64,000 bases of DNA, from positions 58,776,001 through 58,840,000 of the forward strand of contig OX638150.1 in the NCBI GenBank assembly GCA_951804945.1, written 5' to 3'. Under the pieces are notes generated by a model, which ran no database searches, had not been told where the DNA came from, and saw only the letters and a program-made list of their open reading frames with translations. Positions 46,816-59,995 of the stretch are shown one piece after another. Made by a program: the position numbers and the translations under genes. The DNA comes from Podarcis cretensis (lineage: Eukaryota). How positions within the stretch are numbered: position 1 is the stretch's first letter; every line of letters begins with the position of its first letter.

Positions 46816-49800
46816 CAACTATGAAGTAAAATAAGCGATATTTTTTTAAAGAAGCACAACAAGCTTATTTGAAGAAAGCACTTAATGGTTGGAGGAAAGA
46901 CAACATTGTATTTATGGTCTTTTAAATCCTTGATTTTTCTTTTTTACCTCCAGTTTGATCCAAGTCCATCCAAGAGTTCAGGAACCAAGATTTAGCCCTA
47001 TCACTCACAACTTATTAGCTGGGCAGCACCATAAACCCTCATCCAAGGGTCTAGGTAGATAAAGAATGACATATCTTTGTTAAAGCTGCTCTGCTTTTAA
47101 TCAGTATGCATCCTGAGTGACATCCGATATTATTTATTGGTAAAACCTAAACCTTTGGTTGTCTGAAGTAATTCCCGTAATTTTCTCAGGTTGATTAAAG
47201 TAGCCTCTTACCAAAACACAATGGAGATAATAGGACGGAAGATGCAACTCCACGAACCTGAGAAAAATATTACTCAAATGTGTTGGGGTTTTGTTTTGTT
47301 TTTTTAATCAAATGGCTTAAGTTCCCATAAAAGAGGTCAGTCTACATTTTCAGCATAAATACCCAAATTATGGCTCCTGTTCAGGGAGCAAAACATGTAA
47401 ACCTCTGTACAATCATTTTACTGTAGACATCGAGAGGCGATTGAACCTTTTTTCCTTTGCCATTTCTTTTCTTTCTTTGTTTGTAATGGAATTGATGGTT
47501 TTCCTACCCTTTCCTCCCTTGCATTTCATAACTGAAATCCTACTAGGAGGCCGTTGAAAGTGATAGACAGATGTCACCGTTCTAAATATTTCAATACTGT
47601 TGTGCATAAATTGTGTCTAGTACGCCTTAAGTGTCATTCATAAACTCATATTACCTATGAGTCACACAGGTTTTCCATGTTTGCACTTAATTACATCATT
47701 ACTTCAGTTTTGGCTTCAAAGGTCATGGTTAAGGTTTGCTACATACTTTCTTGGAGTGACCCCAGTGTGAGCTCAGGGAACAAAAACAAAAAGAAAAGTG
47801 AACTTCACTAAAACTTTTTGTTGTTGGTATGTTACTTTAAATGTGTGTATGTGAGCGTGTGCGTATAGATATAGATATATATATATACTGGGACACTTCC
47901 GCTTGTTAATCCATCACTTTCAAACTGGGGGAGATGAAGACGTTGCAGTTGTTCAGATGAATCAGTTAAATTATTTTATGGATGCCAAAGAATATTTTGA
48001 GAATAGCACAGCCAGAAACCGGAAATTTGTCATTTTGGGGAGGGGGGTGATGAATGAATGAAAGCTGTTTAGCTGCAAAAGGACTAAATCAGTGTTCATG
48101 ACACAGCTGAGGCATTAGGTTGCAAGCTTGCTGAAGATGATGCTTTTATCATTTGGATCACATCCCACCATTTTGATTTCTGATGCTCTTTGCTCATTGC
48201 ATTCTGAGCAATGTTGGTTTTATGTTTTCCGATGCCAGACATTGGCTGTCCTTGGTTTTTGGAGAGTCAGTCATTTTACAAGCCTTCCAAAGTCCTTAAT
48301 ATCACTCCAGTTGAGCCACAACTTGGAGAACCTTTATTCTGAAAAGAAACCAAAATCAGGAGCCAAACACACATCAGTGTTTTTGCTGATTTGAGAAGTT
48401 ATGTTTGCAAAATGATTTTTCAAAAGCACTGACTGAAATGGAACAATTTGGTATTTGCCTAACCTATATGAGTTGGCAAGTAAAATCTGCTCCTTAATTA
48501 AGGCTTGGTATGTTCAGATAATGTTAAACACAGTAAATAGGACTTAGTTTTATCTTATCAAGCTTGCTAGGCTTTAGCTACAATATCCTAGTTATGTCAT
48601 ACAAATAATCAATATGCTGCCTTTTAATGGCTCTTGCTTCCGTGTGCTTCAGTTCAACTATAGCTTAAAAAAAAAGAGAAAGAGAGAAACAGAAATCCAG
48701 AATTCTCACTGTACACAGCTTTGTTCATCAGCTACTGCATAACCTGCCTGCTCACCAGTACAGGACAGCAAAAGGAACAAACTTTAAAGAACAACCAAAC
48801 TAAAGCAGCACCTATCGTCTTGATTTGGATTATATGTAGCACTCCGAGACACTCCCATTGTTACTGTGAATAAGAATAGTGAACCAAAAACAAAAATTAA
48901 AAATATATGGGGGAAAAGAAATGCTTTCTCCCATTCTAGCACCTTCAGCCCATTAATGAGACCCTGTACACAAAGTCTCTGAATTTACACCATGGAGTTA
49001 CACACTAGGAGAAGCCCCACAAAATGGAAGAGAGCCAGGGCTGCCGTTGTTCACAAGGGAAACCAAAGCCCTGTGGAGTCTTGGATCACAGCCTTTCCAT
49101 GTAATACATCCACGTTTGCAACTAACAGGGAATAACACTGGGTGTATGTGGATTCTGGCCTTTTTGTATGGAGAAAGATGAAGAAAGAAAAAGATGCAGA
49201 CTACTTTACTGGAAGCCAGGAATATAACATTGTTCCTAACTAGTTGATGACAATGCCCTTCTGGCTTGGATACAGAAGGGGCAAACAGAAGTATGGGGTG
49301 CAGATCCCCATGCAGCCCCCCACCTCCCATGATGAAGATTGGGGGGAAGAGAGAAGTAGTATTTTAAACAATTGTGTCACACATGTGAACAGAAGAACAT
49401 TATTGGAGCCACCTGTGTGTTAGAAAATATATTCACTGTATTCAGTGTAGACAAGCATGCGGTAGAAGACGTAACTAATTTTACCTTGTTGCTTTGGCAA
49501 AATGTTAGTATTTTTGTATAACTGCTGTGGAATCCCTTGATCTGGATTCTGTGGTGTGCTTGGCCTGGCAATAATGTTCCTAGAGTAACTGCAGATGTGG
49601 CGGCGGCAGCCAGTGAGTGCCTTGGAACAAGGCATAGTCTCTGGAGTTGTAGAGGAGCCCATGTAAGCTGCCACCTTACAAGCAAAATGCAGTGCTAAGT
49701 ACACAGAGGTGCTCCGTATGGTTAGTCCAGGTTCACCTCTGGCATCAGAGTTATGGTATATATCTGGCTGGCTACGCTAAAACGTTTGTAGCCAAAAGCA

Positions 49801-51108
49801 TTGCTAATGAAAAGGGGTTTTCTGGCAGTGCAGCTCTGACTTACTTTAAATCATTTCCAGTTCTGATTATTTCATATGGTCTCCAGTAGTGACCATCTAA
49901 AGTCTTGTTGACGTTTCTGTGCAGTTGACATATCTGCATATTGCTCAAAAATATTTTTAGAAGAACTCCAATCTTCCTTCGCTGTTTTGCACTTGCCTTT
50001 TTCTCAACAACAGCAACAACAAAGATTTGCGTAAAGGAAGAAGAAATTGTCCATGGAAAATATTTTTATGAACTGTAAATGTATTTTGAGATGAACAGAG
50101 AGCATATATGGTCTATTTTATTAAGCAACGGTCTTTAAGATGATGTGTGAACAGCATTTGTATTTGCAATGTAAAGGATGAATCTCATTTCCTTTGGAAA
50201 AGCAGCGTCGTGCTTTGGCATTAACATGGTCATAACGATTCTCCTCTTTTGTTCATCAACAAGAATCAAATCTTGCTTTTAAAATATCAGTGTTCAGTCA
50301 ACGGAATTTCCTAAAGGCAATTTTGTGGCATATTTTGCATCTCTTTGAAGATTTTAACAGTTATTATTAAAAAATAAAATTAAACTATTATTTGACAGAG
50401 CTTTTCCTCAAAACACAATGGAGAATTAGCCATTTCTGCAGGAAGAAAGGAGAAGATTTCAATCCCACCTGGCTCCCCCCCCCCCATGAGCTCCTCAAAG
50501 TGAGGTTTTTGCAAGCTCTCATAAAAAGACTCCTGTTTCCTGTTGCCAGGTAGGTGTGTTAATTTGGTTGTTCTTTAAGGAAACTGTAGTATACTTTGCT
50601 CCATTCCACACAGACGCAAAACAGGCCCACTCCATATCAGTTACAGGAAACGATATGAATGTCACAGAAGGTAAAACCCTTCTGTTTTCTTTGTTTCAAA
50701 GAAAGTGATGTGCCATTTGTTAATATAAAAGAGAAATATTGAAAATATATTGAAAAGAGCAATTTTAAATTATTTTTGGCTTATGTTGCGATATTTATTT
50801 TCTTGTATTAGAAATTCCTTTGTAGAGAAAAAAATGTATTTTTCATTAATGCAAAAACCTATTTCTCCTTTTGTACATTTTCCATGTTAGTTAATCCTTA
50901 AAGCAATATAATGTATCAAAAGTTGTTCTGTGTGAAAGCTGTATTATGCATGCTGTTTGTGTTGCTTTGGAATAGGTCTGTCTGCCATAATTTTCATCAT
51001 GTTTTGATTCAGTGTATGCTTTAATACACATTGGGACCATGAACCATTTGCTTATAAAAAAAGAAAAGAAATACCTTTGCATTCTTCAATGTGTTGGCAA
51101 ATGCAGTC

Positions 51109-51114
51109 AATAAA
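51109..51114 (+). terminator. Candidate polyadenylation signal AATAAA
   Basis: AATAAA followed by ttttctgtgtacttttgtttgg (T/GT-rich downstream element). Confidence 0.6.
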
Positions 51115-51394
51115 GCCGTGTTTTCTGTGTACTTTTGTTTGGCTATTGAGTATTCAACAGGACTAACTCACCTCCATATCCAAAGGAGTCATCTTTTTCA
51201 CCTTTCCATAAAATCTCAGTAGCAGTGAGCCTTAGACTAGTTAGAAACTGATTAATATTGCATAGATACTATCAAGATTGAGGGCATAGTTCCTTTTTAA
51301 TTCCTCAGTAGTAGTACTGTTTTTGCCACAGGATTTTGAAAGTGCAAGAAAGCTGCAGAATGGTAAACACTGTAGATAAGGGATGTATCCCTTC

Positions 51395-51447
<53 letters not shown>
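51395..51447. repeat. (TAT)n microsatellite
   Basis: Direct read, about 17 units. Confidence 0.97.
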
Positions 51448-51733
51448 GAGCAGGGTCCTTCAAAGCATGCTGCCAGCGCAATCATATGCACCGGAGTTTA
51501 CTCCCAAACAAGTGCACATAGGATTGCAGCATCAGGAGTGTAAATGCCTTAGGCAATCTTAAACAGCCTTACCCGAAGGTAAATCCCATTGAACCCAAAG
51601 GTGTACACGGCAGGGACCAGGTGCTATACACCTGAAAAGTAACATTTTATAGGAGTAAGAACACAACACACTGAGCTGTGAATCAGTTGTATCTTTGAGA
51701 TGCCATTTCCTCCTAGGGATTTAAATTCTAAGG

Positions 51734-51865
51734 CAGGCATGGGCAAACTTGGCCCTCCAGATGTTTTTGGACTACAACTCCCATCATCCCTAACAGGACC
51801 AGTGGTCAGGGATGATGGGAATTGTAGTCCCAAAACATCTGGAGGGCCGAGTTTGCCTGTGCCTG
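51734..51865. mobile_element. Palindromic hAT-derived MITE (hairpin family)
   Basis: About 58-bp inverted arms (51734-51791 / 51808-51865) with few mismatches. Degenerate relatives at ~14527, ~21990, ~26810, ~34770 and ~36815. Confidence 0.8.
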
Positions 51866-54179
51866 GAACTACATCCTGCTTCCCACAGTGACCAAAGTCC
51901 ACTGGCTGGGCATGAAAGCAGTCTCTTCTACTCCCCAGCAACTGGTCATCTTGACGTGCAAAGTATACACAGGTTTATCTCACTATGTTGTATGTATTCA
52001 CCTTCCCAGCCAGCATGCAATATGTAAATATACAAAGAAATAGGGAGGGGGAAGGCAGTCGTTTCAATACATGCTTCTTATTTCTGTGGCTTCCATACAT
52101 AATGCTTTAACCCTCATTGGTTATGTGTTCCAATCTAGTAACTGAATGAGACAACCACAAAATACAATTTAAGGTAAGGGCTTGGAGCTTATGCTGTAAT
52201 CCTGCAGGAATGGTTGACTATAATAATAGCGGGAACATATCAACAGTGGAGAAAAGTACAGATAGCCCCCCAAGAGAAGGAAAGACAGACCAAATTATTA
52301 AGTATTCCTTTGTAGCTTTATCCCAACAGAGAATGATTCCACTACTCCCACTGTGTATTTCTGTTGTATCATTGCCTGATCAGCAAGTTTAAGATGACTC
52401 CTTGCCATCAAGAATATCTAGATTGTGCCACTAGACTTTGAATCCCCAGTTTTGTTTAATTGCCTTGGGAGTCACAAAACATATGGGAACACTCCAATCT
52501 ACTTAGAAGCAAGTTCACACTAGATATGGCAGGAACATACCCTTGTCATCTGTTAAACTGGAGAGACCTATACTGTCACCAAGGTAAATGGATATACACA
52601 TTTTGAAGATGCAACCTACCACATTCTTGAAGGAAACATGCATGCAATATTGCATGAAGAAAGCTCGTCAAGAGTACAGTTCTGGAGAAGATCACACACT
52701 ACAAGGCACTTATAAGACAAGACACACTACACACTTATAAAAAAAAATCAGCAAAATATCAGAAAATAACGAAAGGGCAAAGCTCTTCACATAGTGCTTA
52801 ATTTTATATCAAAAACTCTGAGGCTTAAAATCACAGTCATTTATAACAGCTGGGTTTACATGTTCTTTTCTATGTAATTTTACTTTTACATATACATCCC
52901 GTAAATGAAAAGTATGATTTTGCATCCACAAACACAATATTCACATACTGGGTCATTCAAAATAGTAGTAGGTGTATAATGTCTGTAAAGGCAGCTAAAC
53001 TGAGTATTCTGATCTTTGTTTATGCGAAGGTGGCTCTTAAATCATATGAGCGCTCAACATGAAATTTTACACCGTTATACTTCTTACAGTATTTTAACTT
53101 TCTAAATTTGAGGGAAGTGGAAGGATTTATATATATAAATAAGTTTTCAGCGCCACATTGGTTTTTGCAGTTAACTACTGGTACATGTGTCCTAGAATTT
53201 GGCATGCAAGTCAGGCCTATAATAAGCCTTAGAGCAGGAAAAAATTCCTGGGGGGAACAATCTGTCCCCTATTAGAATCCCCTCCTCTGGACAGATGCGT
53301 GGCCACAACCTGAGACCTACAGGGAAGTCATGACTGCTCTTCCCTTTTCAAGGCCCTCCTGGTTCTAATAGATAGTGGGGTGGGAGGAAGGTGGGGAATA
53401 TCCTGCATGCCTTCCTTTGCCTCCCTTGGTTCCTGCCTTGTAGGTGGTGTGACACCACATAAACCACTGGTCCCCTCTCCTGAGTCACTCCCCTGGTCTG
53501 CTGCCTCTGCCACACACTCTTCAGGGCCTTGCCAGTCCCTAGCCACCCAGTGGGTTCATAGGCAGGATTGGGAGAAAATGGAAGGATTGGGAATGGAGGA
53601 TTGGGAATAGCACTTTATTTTTCAATGTGGGGAGGGAATGAGATTTTTAAAAGCTAACATTAATCCAGTGGCCACTGATACATCTTTGGGTGACAGACAG
53701 CAAACAAAATCTAAGATCTATTTAGGAAGAGATTGGAATTGTGCTAGACAGTTTCTACCGCCTTCTGTATGTTTGAAGAAGGTAAAAGACAATTGTTCCC
53801 GCTGGCTCATAGCTAGACCACAGCACGAGTTCAACAGAGGCATCGTTTGTTCATCTTCCAAATCTCTTAATAACCAGACCAAATATAAACTTTTTAAAAG
53901 CAATACACCCCCATCTCCTTTTTCTGAAACTGCACACTAGGACAAATGGAACCAAATCTATTAAAAAGTAATGTTTTGCTAATGTAATACCCAAATGGAA
54001 AAGAAACAGCTGAAACATATAAACTGCTATCAACGTTGGTCAGAAGCCAACGAAAATAACAATAAAGTTGCACTCTCTCATATTGGAAATGAAATATTGG
54101 CTACTTTTGCTGTAAACATGAATAATGGCCATAAGACAACCGCTGGACTCATTCGGCGGAGTTTTTTAAAAGTGATAAA

Positions 54180-54197
54180 TGGCCATCTAGTGGCAGT
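54180..54197 (-). promoter_or_regulatory. Candidate CTCF binding motif
   Basis: The minus strand reads TGCCACTAGATGGCCA, which matches the core CCASYAGRKGGC exactly. Motif only. Confidence 0.45.
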
Positions 54198-55318
54198 TAT
54201 GGTTTCCATTGATAACAGAAATGCAGCTTCACCCAAACAAACGATAATCTTCCAGCCATGTGATTGTTCTCTCATTTTACTAGATGATTACCCGGGTGGG
54301 TCTGATTGTGTCAGAATATAGGAAATGTTTCCCCCCATTGTAAACCTTGGCTCCCACTAGATCAACTCCCTGCTTTTATAAGACAGTAAGTGGTCTGGGA
54401 CACATTTGTAATGTTTTTTCGTTCTGGGCCAACTGCCATGTCTATAAGGTATGCAGTAAGGTAACTTGCTTCTGAAGAGATGCTGCAGTATGATGACTGC
54501 ACCACTGCTTTGTTAACCAAAAGAGAACAATAACTTTATTATGCTGAAATCAGTAGTGCTGGAAGAGCTACGAATGCATCCCAGGGCCTAATTCAAAAAC
54601 ACTCTCACCAAACCTTCTAATGGTAGCAAATAGGCTATGACCACCCATTTTCAAGGATGCTACAAGCCATGTCTTTCCTGTATTGGGCTCTACAGCCACA
54701 GCAGGCACTCTAACTCTACACTCCTCCATTGTCCCCTGAGACAGATGGATGCCAACCAACAAGTCAAAGGCAAAAGGAAGTCAGGTTTTCGTCAAAGCAC
54801 CCTATATATTAGCAGGAAAGCAGCAGGAGACATTCCAATTGGCAGGTTGGAGGCAAAATGGCAAGCACATTCAACTTGACTCCCCCACTCCCTGAGCTCG
54901 AGCCAAATGGCTGGATTCAACCACACTGTTGTGCTAGTGGGAACCAGCACAATGAGTCGTGCTAACACAACTGGAGTTTCCATCCTTTCCTCCCCCCCGT
55001 GCCTCTCAAATTGGCTCAGGGTGGGGCGAGGGCAGGAGAATCCCCAAAACAGGCCACAGGGATAGGAGAGACCATTTCAGCATAAATGCTTGCACTGATG
55101 GAACAATCATAATAGCTTGATGCTGAATTCTTCCCAGAGATTTGTGTGGTTACTTTAAATTACTAAATGATTTTCATCTTGCCTCCCATATCCCAGATCC
55201 ATCCCAGGTCAATAATGGGTCCCAAGGGTTTCCCCAATTTTTCTTCTTGCTAAAAGTGTGCAGCCTGGTCTGTTTTTAGGTTCCGTGTAGTTATCCAACC
55301 CTTTTCTCCCCCTCCAGC

Positions 55319-55730
55319 TAGGGATGGGGGAGAAAAGGGATGGGATTCAGTTCACAGTGAAAGGCAAATCTACCTCATTTTGCACTTTCTGAAGCAATAT
55401 GTGAACCAAAATTTAGCCAACCTTCAACATTCACACTATTCTGAATTTTGCAGTTTCCCAGCCAAGTACTGTGTACAAAAATGCATATACTAGAGTCAAA
55501 TGTGCACTAAAATGCATATAATAGTGAAAATAACATATAAAATTCATTCTAGTAAGGGAATTGCTTTGCAAAAAAATATGTTTGTTAGGAGAAATTAGCA
55601 CTAAAATGTTGATGAATTTTTACGGGGACTTTTTTTGTTTCATTGCAAACTGATGTGGAAATGTGGGGAACCGAATGTAAGACTGGTAAAATGAGAAACT
55701 GAAATTGACAGATTTGCCCATCCATCCCTA
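55319..55730. mobile_element. hAT (Ac-like) non-autonomous element
   Basis: TIR tagggatgg / ccatcccta; degenerate 8-bp TSD cctccagc / cctccgcc; AT-rich interior. Confidence 0.65.
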
Positions 55731-56563
55731 CCTCCGCCTTTCCCCTCTTTCTGGGCTTTGCTTTTCAGCTGACTCTCCCTTCCTACAACCACCCCGGCTA
55801 TTTCACATCCTGCTGTCTCCACATCCTCTGTTTCCTTTCCCACATTGATTTTACTATCACCAATCCCCAGCCTCTTTGCAAGCAAATCTTGGGTCTCCAC
55901 ATTTTCCCCCAGCAGCGCTGAACCTCTTGCTCTAAGCAAAGCAATGCCATATGGCTTCATGAAGGAGAAAGCCACCAAGGTTCAGTGACACATATTTGCA
56001 TGGAATGTGTCATTAGCCCTGGAATCTGCACAGTGTGATTAGAAGCGGAATCGAATAGGATGCTCATTGATGAGCTCTTTTCCAAGCACCACCAATGGCA
56101 ATATAATACAGTTATCTCTGTTACATTGTTCTGTAGCCTCACACTCCACCATAATGTAGTGTAGTGGTGTTGGACTAAATGACTCTCAGGGTCTCCTCCG
56201 ACCCTGTGCTCTTGCTGTAACTCTGGATTCTGAAGAAAAAGAGGCTGCTGAAGAGGTCAACCCTCTTCAGAGCAAGCTTAGCCTGGCAGATTATGTTATG
56301 CTGGGAGGTTGGGCCTTTGCAACAGATGGCCAAGTACAAATGACGTGTTGCCATAGAACAAAGTAGCTGGCAACATGTCTCTCTTTCTTATGTCCCCTGG
56401 CTGGTGTTGTGTAACTCTATTGACTTTGGGGCTGCCCCAAAATACCTACAGAGGGAGCAGTTCTGTGGATGCTGTGAACTATACAACTCCGGTTGTATAG
56501 TTGCATAAATAAAACATCATATCGCAGAAACACTAAGTTCCCAGTAACCTTCATTCAAAGAAA

Positions 56564-56951
56564 GGTAAAAAAGGTAAAGGTAATGGACCTCTGGATGGTT
56601 AAATCCAGCCAAAGGCAACTATGGGGTGCGGCACTCATCTTGCTTCAGGTCAAGGGAGCTGGCATTTGTCCACAGACAGTTTTCCAGGTCACGTGGCCAG
56701 CATGACTAAACTGCTTCTGGCACAACAGAACACTGTGATGGAAAACAGAGTGCACAGAAATGCCATTTACCTTCCCACCACAGTGGTACCTATTTATTTA
56801 CTTGCACTCACATGCTTTTGAACCGATAGGTTGGCAGGAGCAGGGACTGAGCAACAGGCGCTCACTCCGTCACGAGGATTTGAACAACCAACCTTCTGAT
56901 TGGCAAGCCCGAGAGACTCAGTGGTTTAGACCACAATGCCACCCGCGTCCC
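56564..56951 (-). mobile_element. Sauria SINE, older third variant
   Basis: (AAAGGT) tail, head ..gccacccgcgtccc; TSD ttcaaagaaa (56554-56563 / 56956-56965); more diverged than the other copies. Confidence 0.88.
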
Positions 56952-57189
56952 TTTTTTCAAAGAAAACCAACTCAGGGTATATTCAGGAACCACATCTCAT
57001 CTCTCAGACGTACGTGTGTGTGTGTCTGTGTGTATGTGTGTATTACAGCCCCAAACCCAGAGCTGTTGAGTACATAGAAGTGGGGCTCTGAAGATAGTGA
57101 TGTGTGGTTCTCATTAAGGAAGCTACAATCTGGAACATAATTCAAGAAGGTGATGGCCTTTCCCCAGACTTCAGAGGGCAAGAGGGATA

Positions 57190-57499
57190 AAAGGTAAAGG
57201 TAAAGGTACCCCTGCCCATACGGGCCAGTCTTGACAGACTCTGGGGTTGTGCGCCCATCTCACTTAAGAGGCCAGGGGCCAGCGCTGTCCGGAGACACTT
57301 CCGGGTCACGTGGGCAGTGTGACATCGCTGCTCTGGTCAGAGCCAGAGCCAGAGCCAGAGCCGCACACGGAAACGCCGTTTACCTTCCCGCTGGTAAGTG
57401 GTCCCTATTTATCTACTTGCACCCGGAGGTGCTTTCGAACTGCTAGGTTGGCAGGCGCTGGGACCGAGCAGCGGGAGCGCACCCCGCCGCAGGGATTCG
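57190..57499 (-). mobile_element. Sauria SINE, second subfamily, 5'-truncated
   Basis: Nearly identical to 8966-9260; 10-bp TSD aagagggata (57180-57189 / 57500-57509). Confidence 0.92.
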
Positions 57500-57728
57500 A
57501 AGAGGGATAGAAACAGTGATTAAGCAATAGGGATAGAAACAGTGATTAAGCAATATTATCCCTAACTGTACCCCTTTACTTAATTTACAGATGAATAGCT
57601 CCTCCCGCACTCTAAGGAGGGAAATAATTATTGCAAGAGGCCCAACTACTGTCCATGGATGATCTAAACCCCATCAGCAAGGAGTGGGTGGGAGCAAAGT
57701 ATACAGAGAGGCATTGTACATGTGCCTA

Positions 57729-57880
57729 CAACTCATTGGTAGAGCTTTGCATGCCGGAGAGTTCAGAATCAGTCCCCAGCACCGGAAGGGTCTGAGAAAG
57801 GCATCAAACCTGTGGTGCTCAATAGCTAGATGAATACTGAGTTAGATGAATGAATGACCTAACTCAGTACTAAGGCACTG
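57729..57880 (+). mobile_element. Old tRNA-derived SINE remnant
   Basis: A-box-like aactcattggtagagc, degenerate B-box, and 3' tactgagttagatg..ctaactcagta motif. Confidence 0.4.
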
Positions 57881-59814
57881 TCACATGTAGCAGAATGCAA
57901 GTGATATGGCGGGGCTGTGTGACTATCCTGACCTCCATCCCACTGGGACACTGCAGCAAAGCAGGATGAGGAGAGGCGGAGCATGGTGGCAGCAAGGTCA
58001 GTGCTGTGGAAATGCAGCGGCAGAAGTGCCAGGGTTGGCTCTGCCATCATGTTTCCACCTCACACTGCCTGCTGCGGTTCATCCATACATATGTTCTCGC
58101 AATATGCAGTCCCTGCTTACGCACACATAAAACCAAACCACCTGTTGTAATGACAGGCTTTTTGATAGCAAACGTAAGACTGGATGATGGTCTTGTCACA
58201 ACAAGATATCATAAGAGGCAGCATTAACTAGCCCTCCAGACGTGATGGAAGATTATTTTCTCTCTCGTTGCATCTTTCACTACATCAACAACATTTCTAG
58301 GTTTTGGAAGGCTTCTGAAATGCAAGCACAAATGTTTGTGCTTCACAGGAAAGTTCCCCTGCTGAAAAGAAAACAAACAAAAGCCAGACAACAGCTTTGT
58401 TTACAGCTTTATATGAGCCTGGCAATGGTTGCATAGAGTAGCCTATGGGGTTGTGCACAGCATTACACTGACTAATTCAGGAGTACCCAGCAAAAATTAA
58501 ATGGAATAAAATCCAGCTTTGGTTAATGCTTCTAGAAAGGAAGTGTTTGAATAAAAGGAGTGAGTGTGGGTCCATTTCACCAATGAATATGAAAAATGCT
58601 GAACTTACAAATTTAAAAGGAGTGGCACAAGATATTTTATACCACAGCTGATTCAATACTACTGTAAAAGCAATATGTAACCTAAATGTGAAAAAGATGG
58701 TGCTGTACTTGTGCATAAAGGCATTTGATTTTGCACATATGCATTATAAGATCTAGCCTTCCCAAATTAATCCATTTAGGGCAGCCATGCTGGGTACTAA
58801 AATAGCGCATTTCTCATGGATGTCCATGTAGGGATGTAAAACGAGGTGCACCTGCTGCAATTTGCAAGCGATGATTTGAAAACAAATCTACTATTAAGTG
58901 GCAGCGAACCAAGGGAAATATCCCGTCTGGGGGAAGCAAAGACCCTGGCTCACAGACATGTGCTACAACTTAAGCTTTTGTTGGAGTCTGCCAATTCTGC
59001 CAGGAGCGACAGAAAGGAATCAGGTTTTGATTGCATGCAAATGTTCAGGGGTACCTTTCTGAATGTGACAATTTGCAAGTCTATCATCTCCTAAGGCACA
59101 AGGCTTAATGCCCTTGCTGTTTGTCAATGGGAAGCAGCATCTCAATACAGAGCCCAGGTGCGTCCTTTGGAATACTTTAATAAATGCATATAGATATCAT
59201 CAGATGGGAGAGTAACAAGGACAAATAATAATCAGCACACAGGAGTGGATTTGCTCATTCATTGCAGGTGGCGATGTTTTCTCCTCCAGCAATGGAGGGG
59301 GAGGCGTAGATGGAATGCAAGGGTTATCTGCAGCAAAAGAATGTGAGGGAAGTCAGCCAATGGCTACGTCGGGAACAGGAATAATCCTGAGATGAGAACC
59401 AACAGCTTTTGCTGTTTGTGGCTGTTTGCAGAGAATGACTCAGCAAGCAATGCTTGTGTCATTCAGGCAGATCACCTGCAGACAGAAAGGGCTCTGGAGA
59501 GAGATTAGGACTGGCACAGAGAGGCAAATAAGGGAGGAAGGGGGCTTGCAGGAAAGAACGAAAGGGAACTCGCATCCAGGAGCTCAAGACATACTATCAG
59601 GAGTTTAATTAACTTGACAGAGCTGGAAGCAGCAGCAAGGAAAACAGCACAGCCGAGATGTATGGGTGCCAAGGATCCAGATGGATCCTTGCCGGAAGAA
59701 TACATTCACTCCTTTGGCAGCTGCAGTACATGATAATCCTGCACTGAGGAGGTGGAGAAGTTGGTCATTCGGTGGCCTTGTCTCTTGATGGTCTTAGTAA
59801 GAGAATTCAGACTA

Positions 59815-59995
59815 CAGTGGTGCCCCGCAAGACGAATGCCTCGCAAGACGAAAAATCCGCTAGACGAAAGGGTTTTCCGTTTTTCGAGGCGCTTTGCAAG
59901 ACGAATTTCCCTATGGGCTTGCTTCGCAAGACGAAAAAACCGCTAGACGAAGAGAATCGCGGAACGGATTCTTTTCGTCTTGCGAGGCACCACTG
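59815..59995. mobile_element. Tc1/mariner (Tigger-like) MITE
   Basis: TIR cagtggtgccccgcaagacgaa / ttcgtcttgcgaggcaccactg; TA TSD. Confidence 0.88.

Larger units (their letters stand above)
46240..51135 (+). other. JADE2: Probable long 3' UTR of JADE2
   Basis: Follows the stop codon, is AU-rich, lacks the recognisable TEs seen in flanking regions, and ends at AATAAA plus a GT/T-rich tract. The end point is inferred. Confidence 0.6.

Noticed and set aside
51297-51521. Poly-Asn and poly-Ile ORFs
   Set aside because: Translations of the (TAT)n repeat.
59815-59995. CRISPR-like repeat/spacer appearance
   Set aside because: Eukaryotic context, 10-bp repeats with irregular spacing, and bounded by TIRs and a TA TSD; it is a MITE.
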